A stretch of 64,000 nucleotides of DNA, taken from NCBI RefSeq assembly GCF_006345805.1, contig NC_042997.1, positions 165,912,001 through 165,976,000 on the forward strand, written 5' to 3'. The translations under genes and the position numbers were made by a program. The DNA comes from Octopus sinensis (taxonomy: Eukaryota). Below are positions 10,884 through 23,974 of the stretch, piece after piece (the stretch's first letter is position 1; each line of letters starts with the position of its first letter). The notes beneath the pieces are model-generated. The model was not told the origin of the DNA and did not search any database. It saw only the letters and a program-made list of their open reading frames with translations.

Positions 10884-13441
10884 TAGTTTTATTTTTATAG
10901 CGTGCTTTCACTTCACTACCGAGCGCAGCTCTGTGTGCCTTGGGTATGTGCTGTGATTTGTTGTGATGCTCTGATGGTTATTGTATGGAAAGTGTTCTGC
11001 GTAGGATGTGTGCAGTGCCTAGTAGTGCAATTTTCTGTATGTTATATGTGTTTGTAAGTCCTGGTGTTTTTGTTATGTATTTGTCTGAATATTTTTTTAT
11101 CATGTCTAATGCACCTACTATGATAGGAATTGTTTCTGTTTTCAGGTTCCACATTCTAGTTACCTCTATTTCCAGGTCTTTGTATTTTGAGAGTTTCTCC
11201 ATTTCTTTTAGAGACACGTTGTCATCTGCCGGTATTGATACATCAATTAGAAAGCATTTTTTTTCTTCATGATCTCTGACAACTATATCTGGTCTGTTGG
11301 CCTTAATTTCTCTATCTGTGTGTATCGGCATATCCCAGAGTATGGTTGCTTTCTCGTTTTCTGTGACCTTTTCTGGTGTGTGCCTATACCATCTTTTTTC
11401 TGTTGTTATTCCATAATGTTGGCATAGCTTCCAATGTATGTAGGTTCCAACTCTGTCATGTCTTTGAATATATTCCTTCTTAGCCAGGACTGGGCAGCTA
11501 GAGATAATATGATTTATGGTGGGAGGCTTTGGTCTTGTGCTGCAATTAAAAATCCCTCTGTTTCTGCTTTGAGTCCTGAGCTTCTCAACCATTGCTGGGA
11601 TTTTTCTTTGTCTATTTCTTTTGCGTTTAGTTTAGTGCAGTATTTACCATGAAGGAGCTTTTCTTGCCATCGTTTTATCATGGCTCGTTGCTGTTCTATT
11701 TTTAGTTTGGATTTCATTTGTTTTATAGCTTTTGTTGTTTCTTCATCATCTTCTTCTTCTTCTTTGTGTTTATTAGGTGGCATGATTTCTTGTTTGTATT
11801 TGTCAGCTTCCTTAAATACTGAGAACAGTTTTTTTGTTTTGCTCGTGTTTTGCTGCTATCTGGATCAGTTTTACTTCCTTCTGAAGTAGGTATTTTTGCA
11901 GTCCTATGGTGGTTATTTTATAGTAGTTTTCCAGCTGTATAAGGCCTCTACCACCTTCTATACGTTGTATATATAGTCTTTCTATGTCAGATTTTGGGTG
12001 ATGCATCCTAGATCCTGTCAGTATTTTTCTTGTTTTCCTATCTATTTTGGACAGTTCATTTCGTGTCCAGTTAAGGATATTGTAGCTGTAACTTATAACT
12101 GGGACAGCTAAAGTGTTGATACCTATTATCTTGTTTTTAGCATTGAGCTCTGTTTTTAGTATTGATCTAACTCGTCTATAATATTTTTTTTATTTTCTCT
12201 TTCATTTGTGTGTGTTGTGTCTTATCTAGTTCATGGATTCCTAAGTATTTGTAAGTTTGGCTTTGGTCTAATTCTTTTATTTCATTGGTTTTATCTAGTG
12301 TGATGTTGTTACTCTTAACTAGTTTTCCTCTTTTCATGGTTACTTTGGCGCATTTTTCTAATCCAAATTTCATATCTATTTCTTTGGTAAATCCAGAACT
12401 GTCTTTAATAGTGTTTCCAGCTGTTTGTCATTTGCAGCGTATAGTTTTAGGTCATCCATATATAAAAGGTGGCTGATCGTTTTGCCGTAACATTTATATC
12501 CGCATCCAGTTCTATTTAGCATATCAGATAGAGGTGACAGTGCCAAGCAGAAAAGGAGTGGAGAGAGCGTGTCTCCCTGGAATATTCCTCTTCTAATGGG
12601 AATGTCTTTGGTTTTCATGAGTCCCTCTTTTGTTTGGAGGTGTAGGACTGTTTGCCATTTATTCATAGAGTGCTCTATGAATTTTATGATTGTTGGTGCT
12701 ATTTTGTTAATGGCTAGTGTTTCGAGGATCCATGTGTGGGGGATGCTATCAAAAGCCTTTTTGTAGTCATCCAGGCCATACTGAGGCCTTTCTTCTTTCT
12801 GTGGCTGTCTTCAGTTACGGCTTTATTAATCATTAGTTGATCTTTACAGCCATATGAGCCCTTGCGGCATCCTTTCTGCTCTTCTGGGAACAGTTTGTTT
12901 TCGTCCAGGTGCTTGTTCAGCCTTTGCGATATCACTGCAGTAAATGCCTTGAACATAGTAGGGAGGCAGGTTATTGGTCTGTAGTTTTCTGGTTTTGTTG
13001 TTTCATTTGATTTGGGAATTAAGATGGTTTTCCCCCTTCGTGAGCCATTCAGGCATTGTCTCTGGCTCTGCTAGTATGCTGTTAAAGTTTTCAGCCAGCT
13101 TTTTGTGCATTCCTGTTAGATATTTCAACCAGAAGTTGGGGATCTTGTCATGCCCAGGTGCCTTCCAGTTGCTTAGTTTTTGCAGTGCCTGGGTGACCTC
13201 TTTAGTTGTTATGGGGGTCCAAAGTTGTTCAGATGCCGAGTTTGTTATTTTCATACTCCTTTTTTTTGGCTGTTCGTTCGCCGACCATATTTCTCTCCAG
13301 AATTCTTCCAATTCTTCTGCCGTTGGTGCTGCAGTGACTTCTATTTTATTTTTGCCCAGTTCTTGGTAGAACTTTTTGGGGTCGGAGTTGAACTTTTTGT
13401 TCTGTTCAAAGAAGCGTTGGCGTTTCTCGTACCGGCGGATC

Positions 13442-13442
<1 letters not shown>
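10881..13442 (-). mobile_element. R4/Dong-clade non-LTR retrotransposon, 5'-truncated and frameshifted (RT, CCHC, RLE)
   Basis: KAPGHD, QKGCRKGSYGCKDQL, GIFQGDTLSPLLF, LYMDDLKL, RHD, NRPDIVV..IDVSIP, KLSKYKDL; (TAA)n on both sides. Confidence 0.9.
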
Positions 13443-13490
<48 letters not shown>

Positions 13491-13520
13491 TATTATTATT
13501 ATTATTATTAATAATAATAT
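13443..13520. repeat. (TAT)n microsatellite at the 5' junction of the R4/Dong element
   Basis: Direct reading. Confidence 0.95.
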
Positions 13521-14099
13521 TAGATTCAGTGTAATCTTCACTTCACAATACATATAGTAGATTCCAATATACAGTATACTACGATATAATATAAACAGAT
13601 AGTTACGAAACATGTAATCTTATTGATTTTAAAATCACAGTTAATATATACATAACATACAGTTAGACCAGAGTTATTACAATATTATTCTTCTGCATAC
13701 ACATAAGTCCATGCGTGTGGGCAACAAATATAAGCAACATGCATATATATACATACGTACAAATATACACCAATATCTATATGAAATTTTTTTTTTCTTT
13801 TCGTCATAACGAAATTATACATACATGTTATTACACTGAAATAATAATATAATTTCACAGAATATTTCGTAATAAGAGTACATTTGTTAAGATATAATAG
13901 ATTAGCTACAAGAGTCTTGTTATTCGTTATATATTAATATTTTAGTGGTTTAAATCTATCGAGGATTTGGAGAGCGATTATTTTTAATCATAAGCTAGAT
14001 CTAATTGGTTAACAAATTTGAATTTCTTTGTCTTAGTTACGGTTGGTTGATTGAAGACCGAATGATTAAAACTAATTGTAAATATCATGATTCAGACGT

Positions 14100-14675
14100 T
14101 TCGAAGATAGCTGAAAAAATGTCGAACGTTCTGGGAGACCCGCAACAAGTAGAACTGAGAAAAATATCGCAGATGTGCGTGCAGTTGTGAGGAGAAATCG
14201 TCGAATCACCATGCGCAAGTTATCAGAGGATGTGCAGATTAGTTACGTTTCAGTTCAGTCCATTATCACCGAAGATTTGGGTATGAGATGCGTGTCTGTC
14301 AAGTTTGTGCCAAAACTGCTTTCTGCGGACCAAAAAGACGCTCGGGTTTCAGTTGCACAAGATCTCCTTGATTGTGTCGAGAACGATGAAAACCTTTTGA
14401 AAACTTTGTGTAGCCTTCTGAGCAGGTATCGCCAAGCTTTGGGCAAAATTCGATGCAAATTCTTTGCTCAACTTTCTCTGTCATGGTCAATGCGACGATC
14501 ACACGTTACACGCAATCCTTTCAAGCACTGCTGTAAACAGCGGATGTGAGCTAGAACAGTAAAGCTTAGCGCGCATGCACAGCAGCGTTCAAGGTCAATC
14601 TACACCAAGCGGCTTTACCTTCCGTGCTTTAACTTCGTTACTATAGCAACAGTCCGGATACTTATTGATTAGACT

Positions 14676-14678
<3 letters not shown>
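14100..14678. mobile_element. Rearranged mariner fragment
   Basis: Plus-strand ERSGRP...RRNRRIT...KFVPKLL piece abuts a minus-strand N-terminus (EQRICIEFC) with TIR at 14645-14678. Confidence 0.8.
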
Positions 14679-14743
<65 letters not shown>

Positions 14744-14780
14744 ATGTGTGTGTGTGTATGTGTGTGTGTGTGTGTGTATA
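14679..14780. repeat. (GT)n microsatellite
   Basis: Direct reading. Confidence 0.95.
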
Positions 14781-14995
14781 CACACAAAGCAAAGAGATGT
14801 CACCAGAAGAACCAAATGTTATGTAATGAACTTCATTCGCTTACAACTGTTGCCCTAAGCGCATGCGTATATTTGCATACCTTTTTCTCTCTTGAGATAT
14901 AACTTTCCATAGCCATCAGCATAAACATTCTCACTCATAATGCCTGTATGTTCTGAAAATGTAACTTTTCCAAATAATATACACTTCATATTCAA

Positions 14996-15076
14996 GGTTC
15001 TGACGAAGCTATAGGATGTTATCCTGGTACTCAACTAAGAGTCTACCACGTCTTATATCAGAAACACCTGTAAGCC
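14996..15076 (+). ncRNA. Degenerate hammerhead-like motif
   Basis: GGUU-CUGACGA-imperfect 10-bp stem II-GAAA-CACCUG-UA-AGCC; the 10.1-11.1 pair is an A.A mismatch. Confidence 0.45.
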
Positions 15077-15300
15077 AATGAAGTTCATTACATAACTTTT
15101 GCTTTTTCCGATGTCGTCTCTGTTTTCTATTACCACCTCATACTCATCTAATATTGTGTTCTGAACCATATATATATTGAGTTCTAGACCAGGTTATTAG
15201 TCTCGATATGCCTAAGCGAAATATTACAATGCGTGTGTGTATGTGTGTATGTGTGTGTGTGCGTGTGTGTGTACGTGTGTTTGTGCGCGCGCAGATAAAC

Positions 15301-15362
<62 letters not shown>

Positions 15363-16049
15363 TTCCCTAAAAATTTATTAGTTTGTTTGAACATTCCTTG
15401 TCACTTTTTACGACATGCATTTTTATCTCAACGACAGTTTATTTTATAAACACTTCTTTTTCACTTGTCTGACAATGAGCGACATGCATTTGTGACGAAA
15501 TATTTATTCCTTGTTTATTTATTTTATTATATTTTCCCGTATCGTCTGTCGTAGGTTCAGCCAAAGATTGACATGGGAGTGTGCATAACTCAGTGCAGAA
15601 CAAATATCTCAAGCGGGTAAAAAAGCAACTGGTTTTATACACTGCTTTTAGATATTGAACATAAACATAGCACATAAACACACATGCATGTTCACATAGA
15701 AGCATGTACATACACACACATAACTTTGGATAATGCCGTTATTCTGGTTTTCTCACTCATGTTTATATCCTTATTAATTTATCAGTGCAAGATTTACACA
15801 CGCGCGCGGGTGGATATACCCGTAGATACATGCTTTTACTTGTTTCAGTCAGTGAACTACGGACATTCTGGGGGCAATACATTCAAGGACTTAATCAAAC
15901 AAATTGATTCCCACAACCCTGTACTTACTTCAACTGGAACTTATATTATCAATGTTTATTTATCAGACCTTTAATTTACAGGACATAAACATACAATACC
16001 ACAAATCGCAACGAATTCTGAAATCTGAACATGCACAGTCAAGCATACA

Positions 16050-16153
16050 CTCACACATACATACATACATACATGCATACATACATACATACATACATAC
16101 ATACATACATACATACATACACACATACATACATACATACATACATACATACA

Positions 16154-16183
<30 letters not shown>
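16050..16183. repeat. (CATA)n microsatellite
   Basis: Direct reading. Confidence 0.95.
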
Positions 16184-16184
<1 letters not shown>

Positions 16185-16446
16185 CCGACTTACAAATGAT
16201 AGTTATACCAATAATGATTTTGTAAGTAAATGCCTAACTGTAAATCTGGATAAGAAATCAACCAGCTGACTCGCACATTACAAATACATTCTGTAAGCGG
16301 AACAATAAAGCTATGTAAGAATTTTTTAAGGTTTAAAATGTAACATTGTTTTAGTTATCTACATTCCAATGATGGAGCTTTACATCTTTGTTAGAAACCA
16401 ACTCCTTCTTCAAAGGAAGAATGCAAATGATTAAAAACAGAAGAGA

Positions 16447-16448
16447 AA

Positions 16449-16543
<95 letters not shown>

Positions 16544-16598
16544 GCACGCACGCGCACACACACACACACACACAACACACACACACACACACACACAC
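16447..16598. repeat. (GCAC)n plus (CA)n microsatellite
   Basis: Direct reading. Confidence 0.95.
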
Positions 16599-16599
16599 T

Positions 16600-17201
16600 T
16601 TTTATCTTTTATTTGTTTCAATCATTTGACTGCAGCCATACTGAGGCGTCACCTTCAAGGGTTTTAGTGGAACAAATCAACTTTTCAATTTTTGAAGCCT
16701 CGTCTTTATTCTATCAATGTCTTTTGCCAAACCGCTACGTTTAACACACCAACACTAAGTTAACATACCACTACCGTTGTCAAGTGATGGTGGGAGACAA
16801 ACACCACAGACACAGAGACACACATATGAATATATACATATATGTATGTATCTACTCTTTTACTCTTTTACTTGTTTCAGTCATTTGAACACCGCCTTAA
16901 GTCGAGCAAATCATTGTAAGCTTATCGGTCTCTTTTGCCGAACCGCTAAGTTGCGAGGACGTAAACACACCAGCATCGGTTGTCAAGCGATGTTGGGGGG
17001 GACAAACACAGACACACAAACATATACGCACACACATACATATATATATATATATATACATATATACGACGGGCTTCTTTCAGTTTCCTCTACCAAATCG
17101 GCCCGAGGCTATAGTAGAAGACACTTGCCCAAGGTGCCACGCACGGTAGTGCCATCTGGCTGGTAAGCAAGCCACTTACCACACAGCCACTCCAACGCCT
17201 A

Positions 17202-17249
<48 letters not shown>

Positions 17250-17412
17250 ACGGCCTTCTTTCAGGTTCCGTCAAGCAGATCCATTCACAAAGCCTTGGTC
17301 AGCCAGAGGCTATAGCAGAAGATAATTCTCCAAGGTACAATGCAGTGGGACTGAACCCGGAATCATGTAGTTGAGAAGCTAGCTTCTTACCACACAGACA
17401 CGCCTGCGCCTA
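16600..17412 (-). mobile_element. Cluster of SINE family B pieces (3' fragment, near-complete copy, 5' half)
   Basis: Similarity to the reverse complement of 51808-52193. Confidence 0.75.
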
Positions 17413-17519
17413 TAGATATAAGCAGACCCTTAACAAAAGGCGTTCCGTTGGTGTCAGTCCCTTCTTTCATTTATCGGGGATTAAATTACTGTAAGAAATA
17501 AATATGGAACTGTCTGTCA

Positions 17520-17544
17520 GTCTATCTGTCTGTCTGTCTGTCTT

Positions 17545-17643
<99 letters not shown>

Positions 17644-17688
17644 GTATGTCTGTCTGTCTATCTGTATGTCTGTCTGTCTCTCTCTCCT

Positions 17689-17719
<31 letters not shown>

Positions 17720-17722
17720 ATC

Positions 17723-17815
<93 letters not shown>
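17520..17815. repeat. (TCTG)/(TCTA)/(TC)n microsatellite
   Basis: Direct reading. Confidence 0.95.
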
Positions 17816-17988
17816 ACACTTCAAGCAATCCGCAGAAAACACACAACACAACTTTCAGGAACAACAGCGGTTTATTGGGGTAGAAGGTTATGGGTTTTCT
17901 TGAAGAACGATAAGCTGAAAAAAATTATTTAATATTTCACGGTAGGCAGCCAGGGTTGCCAAGTATGCGAATAAAAATACAGGAGTTC

Positions 17989-18320
17989 AGGGATGGAGTT
18001 GATAAAATCCGGGCTACAAATGTTTCATAGCAAGCAGAACCTCAGAAGTGGTAAATATCCAAGCGAGGTGTATACCGCAGGCTACTTTTCACCTCAAGTG
18101 TATCTTGAGTAAATGAAGTATACATTGTCGTTAGGAAAAAGATTCTGATCGAATCTTCCGTGTTGTTAACATGTGCCTCCTAACGACACTGTAAACTTCA
18201 TTTAATCAAGAGTGGCCTGAAGATTTGCATGCGGTATACACCTCGCTTGGATATTTACCACTTCCGAGGTTCTGCTTGCTATGAAACATTTGTAGCCCGG
18301 ATTTTATCTACTCCATTCCT
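17989..18320. mobile_element. Foldback or MITE-like element, palindromic along most of its length
   Basis: Outer arms of about 90 bp (17989-18080, 18232-18320) plus an inner 34-bp inverted repeat. Confidence 0.7.
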
Positions 18321-18539
18321 TATATATATAGCCAAAATTGCGGGGATGATCCGGTTCTTGACTGAAGATTAGAGGCTTCGAATGACCCGTCCGTGTTTTT
18401 TGTATCGTCTATTTGAAAGTTTTGCGTTCTTATCCCATTTTGTATTTTTGTATATATATCATTGCGGCGTACGTACACCTTATTCTCTTATATGTATGTA
18501 AACATTCCACTATATATATATATGCATAAATAAAGATAT

Positions 18540-18560
18540 TATTATTAATAAATAATAATA

Positions 18561-18630
<70 letters not shown>
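18540..18630. repeat. (AAT)n microsatellite
   Basis: Direct reading. Confidence 0.95.
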
Positions 18631-18631
<1 letters not shown>

Positions 18632-18853
18632 TGCGGCTAGCAAGCATGAAAACCAAGAAGGTAAATTTATAAATTTATAATTAAGCCACAGTATCACATA
18701 GAAATTTCGAAGTAATTGTCACCTTTTTTCTTGTAAAAGTTTAATAATAAACGTGTACTGTACTAAAAAAAAAAAAAATTGAGAAAATTTTCAGTTTAAT
18801 GCTAGATTGCTTTTATATAGAACTTGACAGTAATATATATGTATGTATGTATG

Positions 18854-18944
<91 letters not shown>

Positions 18945-18952
<8 letters not shown>

Positions 18953-19061
18953 ATCACGTGACCGACCAGACCATCAGATGTTGTTACACATCGCTGGTCA
19001 CAATGCGTTCGCATTGTTTTTTAGCCTTCAAATGACGCCATCCCGCTGGCTAAGCGAGCAG

Positions 19062-19064
<3 letters not shown>
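18945..19064 (-). mobile_element. SINE family C 3' fragment embedded in (TA)n
   Basis: Reverse complement of 6421-6538 with the same boundaries. Confidence 0.8.
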
Positions 19065-19110
<46 letters not shown>

Positions 19111-20649
19111 CTGTGAGTGTGTGTGTATTTCTTTTTATATCAAGTTATACACAAGCACATAAATGATGGTCACTCCCGTCCAATTTGGCGTATAGTGGTC
19201 CAATACTTCAGAAGAAAAAAGATTTAGTTGTTATTGTTCTGTCACAAGTGAGATTATTATAATCTAGCAAGTGATTACAAGTGGATTAGATGATTTGCTT
19301 ATAGCTGTGAAGTCATGAGTAGGACGAATGCGGATGTGGTTTAACGGAAACTCGGCTACTATCTGTTATATGTACGCAGTATACCACGTCTTCCTCAGGT
19401 TTTTAGCGGAGTAACTTTCTTCTAGAACGAGAGCTAAAGTGCACTGCTCTCACTGTGTTCTTTCTGTATACTAGACAACAATCCTAAATGTCTAAGAACT
19501 CGGGCTACACACTCAAGTACACATACATACGTGCGTGTTACATATATATTTTATCAATTTTACTAATTTCAGTTATTGGACTGGTGTTGTGCTGAGGGAC
19601 CAACTTCAAGTTTTCTAGGCGACCATATCGGCCCTTGTATTTATTTAAGATTGGTAGTATTTTTATCGGACTCTAATGTAGCAAACTGCTGTCTGGACAT
19701 AAATGGACACAACTTGGACATTAAAATAAACACAAACGCAGGTACGCACGAAATATATGCATACTCATACGTTCGCACGTTTACATATAAATGTCGGACT
19801 TCCATGCTACATAGTTTCTGTCTATCAAATTCAAAGGTATTGAGTCATATAAGACTATATTAAATGATACGTGTCTCAAATGCCGTGCGACTTGGTCATA
19901 AACACCGTGCGCCTGGATTGAACTCAGAAACATATGTAAGTGAAACGGACTTATTAATATACACAAAATATGCCTGTAATCTTTCAGATACAATTCATTA
20001 ATGGAAACAGAACTTGCAAGCAGTTGATAATGCTTTCCCCTATTTGTTGTTACAAATGTCATTCTTTTAAAAATTTAGACAGGTGCAAATTTTTGAAAAT
20101 GCAGCTGGCATTTAGTCCAGACTGTTAAATATATAAGGAAGACTACTCAGTCAAGCAGTACGTTTATTGACGAGGTAGTCAAAAATTAATAGAATTTGTG
20201 TTGCTTTGGCTAAGGAGCCAAAGCCGATTGAAAATTCTTCAGGAGTACTCTTACGTGGTAACGCTTAGGTACCACCTCTGATATTGAGGGATATTGTTGG
20301 CTGTTATAGTATCTGTTATTTTTCAGAAAGTCATGAAGTGAACACTCCTAGACATGAGAAGACTATATATGATCTATTGGGCCTGAAACGTGCAACTTAC
20401 GTACAGCCGAGAAAAAGTTAATCTTGGCTGATATAATTCCAATAATAATCTAAACACAAGATCTGAAATGTTTTACGCAATGTTGTCATTTCAGCATTTA
20501 GAATTTTTGACCAATACCATATTGAGAACACTAATACTGTACTTGAATTAGTTCAGGAGAATCTTCTGTATTTATTGGATGCTATTTCACTCTCACTAAA
20601 TTGGATGCTTTTTTGCTGCTCCTGTCTATAAAAGAACAGTACACTATAC

Positions 20650-20722
20650 ATACATACACATACATACATACATACACATACATACATACATACATACATA
20701 CATACATACATACATACATACA

Positions 20723-20753
<31 letters not shown>

Positions 20754-20760
20754 GTACGTA
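20650..20760. repeat. (CATA)n microsatellite
   Basis: Direct reading. Confidence 0.95.
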
Positions 20761-23369
20761 CGCATATACATAGATACATATGTATATATATATGTACATA
20801 CAGACCAACATAAATACACGCACACAAACATACGCACACAAGCACACGCACGCACACACATATACACACACGCACACACTCACACGTGCACAATTTTTTT
20901 GCAAAGATCAGACTTTCCTCCTCTGAAACATATAGAATGACAGATTAATTCTTAATTTCTTGAAGTTATCTCCCTCCGTCTTCGAGAGTTGATAACGGTG
21001 AACGCTAGGTTTTTGATTTCTTTCTCGGAAAGAAAAATTTCAACTGAAAGTATCTGTGTACGGTGTACAATACACCACATCTTAACTATGTATCTAAAGA
21101 AAGTCACTTCAGTTGTTAACATTCGGCCAGAGTCCACCAAACGCCTCTGTCCATTTGACTTTGTATCTGAAATTTCTTTTAATTACAAACTCGTTATAAC
21201 AGTCAAGATGTCTACCATCTACTAAATACTTTCCTCAATTGGTCAAGAGACGAAAAATTTAAACTACTTACTCATTTTGATTACAAATATGCTTTTGAAC
21301 TACAGTTGTTACATTTAGAATTTTGACCTGTTCTTGAGTTACATATATTAACTCTTTTCTCTGTTTATTTTCTCAGAGTCAAAGAATTATCTGTGAAAAT
21401 CTCATACTTTTCCCCAAATACTATAATTATCTTAAATAGGTGTGTAGCGAGCTTGATTGTGCAAAATGTACAATGTTCAGTACTAATCTGTTGAGACAAA
21501 GTTGTTGGACAGCTTAAGTTCTCTGGGAACCAAACTGTGACACACAAATACGTATTCACATTTAATTCATTTGACAATGGGAGTACAGTTCTGGAGGGGT
21601 GATTGAAAGAAAAAAAAAGAATTCATTACGAGATCAGTGTGACGGGGAAAATGGAATTAGTGTATCAGGTGGGCTGGGATGATTGGGGATTTCCCACTAG
21701 GAAGTTGGATACACTCAATCGTATATGAATATATTTCTCAAATATCATGGGAACTTGAGTAAACTTTATTATGTTGGTGAGCTGTAATAGACTGTAATTT
21801 GTCCACAGTTGCCCCTTGCTAATCTTTTTCAACTGTATTCGAGTGGTTAAGAAGTTTTCCCAGCAATCATGAGATGCAAATTCGTTCCCACTGTGTGGAA
21901 TCTTGAGCAATCATCTTTTGCTATAGCCACGGGTCAACATTATGAATAATATTGGATAGACGGAATTTGCGTGAGAATCCAGTGAACAGATTGTGCTTTT
22001 TAGTCAAAGGCTCAGTCTGGTAATACTGTGACATGCTCAGTCTGACTGAGAATTACGTTAAGAGTACTTTTAAGTCTGTGGAACACTCAGCCACTTCCAA
22101 AGTGCTTTTATTGCTGTTACTGTTTAGCCCAAGCCAACCTTCATTCAAGCAGATCTCCAAACAACGGCGTTCCGGCTTTGAGTCCCACCTGTGTCTGTCT
22201 GTCTGTCTGTCTGTCTCTGTCTCTCTCCCTCTCTCCCTCTCTCTGTCTCTCTGTCTCTCTCTCTCTCTTTGAGATGTAACGTTTCTAAGACGAAAATATT
22301 CAATACATTTCCAATGTTTACAAGGTAGGCTGTGAGTTATAAGAGATTTTGACTTCTTCTTGTAACCAGCCAGATAGCCAAGAGTGGGAGAACAATCTTC
22401 TGGCAGAAATATAACATTTTTTGGTAAGAATGAATGAGAAGTTGTGACATTCATAACTTTCCATAAGGCACTTATAATACATTAAAATACCGGGTCTGGT
22501 TTTGACTCTCTTAATTAGAATTGGATCACTAGAATAATGATTCTTTTTCCTTCGCCAAGGTTGTAGTTTCAACTGATTGAAAATTCGTGGTTCGCTGCGC
22601 TAAATATGTTCGCATAGACGTTACCAATTTGCTTTCACGCAGAATGTGTCTAAGTATTTTTCGTAGTCTTCCCTCTACTGGTTGCTTATGTTGGTACAAT
22701 ACCCCATAATCTAGTGTTTCTCGTAAAGACGCTAGGCCTCCTACTGTTGGGACATCTCCAGGGTTGAAAAGAGGGCGGGAATATTAACAACTGTAGTAGT
22801 AGTATCAATCATAATGAGAATCAGCTTGCCAAAAGTTACTACTTTAATTTTTCTTATAGCTTAGTCAGAGGAGGAAAAGCAATGCTCATGACCCCTTTAC
22901 AGAGCCTTTGAGATTAGTGAAAGTAAAAGAGAAAGACATACTCAGAGCAGAGACTTTCCCAACTGCTTGTAATAGAGTACTCAAATGCTAGAAGGTGGTA
23001 TTAAACCGGGTGGCGACTATAATTTATTATTCATATCTTACAATGTATGTGAAAAAATACGAGATGGTCATGGCTGCGCGATCAGGGCTGACCTTAGGCA
23101 AATATAGGTTACAATTTAAGTTACAGCAGCAAGTATAAGTTGCAATATCAAACTAAGCTACGATATCATCTGACAAACTGTTTGGTTTTATATTAATCTC
23201 AACTGAAATAAACATTCGAAATCCGTTTTATTGTTATTATTTTATTTGGAATTATTATTGTAGTAAGTTTGTGACTTGTTAATTTATATTTTTATGTCAG
23301 TTGAAAATGCCTCTGTAACAATTTGTTTATAATTTGGTAATGTGCGTGTATTCGTGTTTACTTTACAAA

Positions 23370-23930
23370 TAGGGAAGGGAAAATTATTCAGTATATACAG
23401 TTGAGTATATATCCTTCAAGGTGAAGCTTCTTTCTGTTATGTACAGAAAGAGAAAAGATCAACAAATATGGAGACCTGAAAATTAAAATCGCCAAGATGT
23501 GACAGCTACAGGAGTCAAACAAAAAGATCATTCCTGTTGTCATCGGAGTATTGGATCCAATGCTACTCATCCTGAAGAAATATCTGAACACTTTAGAAAT
23601 ACCTTATAATCATGGTGTATTGCAAAATTCGGCTTTACTTGGGACTGAACGCTTATTGCATAAAGTGCTATCCGAGTTTCTTGTTTTGACTTAAGAGACA
23701 GCACAAGTCCCTGGTACACACAATATCTTCAATCTACAATATCACAATATTGGATACTGTGCGATGAGGGTAGAGCAGGTCTAAAAACTGCTCTATTGGA
23801 GACAGCTAGGATTTTGAGCTAGGTACATGGGTGTTGAGTGTCTTCCACGATAAGTTAATATCTAAGTACCAAAGCTTATAATCTGCAGAAAGAGACCCTG
23901 TGTGACCTCTGACAAGTTGCCGTTCACTCT
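23370..23930 (+). mobile_element. Degenerate R4/Dong RLE-domain and 3'-end fragments
   Basis: Remnants of KY.DLKI.IAKM and TALL.TARIL motifs. Confidence 0.55.
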
Positions 23931-23974
23931 TACAGAATCAACCAGAGCAAATAAAACCGAGAGCTCTGAGAAGT

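Noticed and set aside
18355-18395. CTGAAGA as a hammerhead core
   Set aside because: No stem II, and GAAT instead of GAAA.
19340-19405. Minus-strand CTGAGGA as a hammerhead core
   Set aside because: No correctly placed GAAA or closing stem II.
19870-21230. Possible hAT transposase relic (WC..HR-like motif and dimerisation-domain-like remnants, minus strand)
   Set aside because: The motifs are too short and degenerate to support without a profile search.
21900-22620. Possible P-element/THAP9-like transposase C-terminal relic (LGYLAGY, GGLK)
   Set aside because: Only fragmentary resemblance across frames; no TIR or TSD found.
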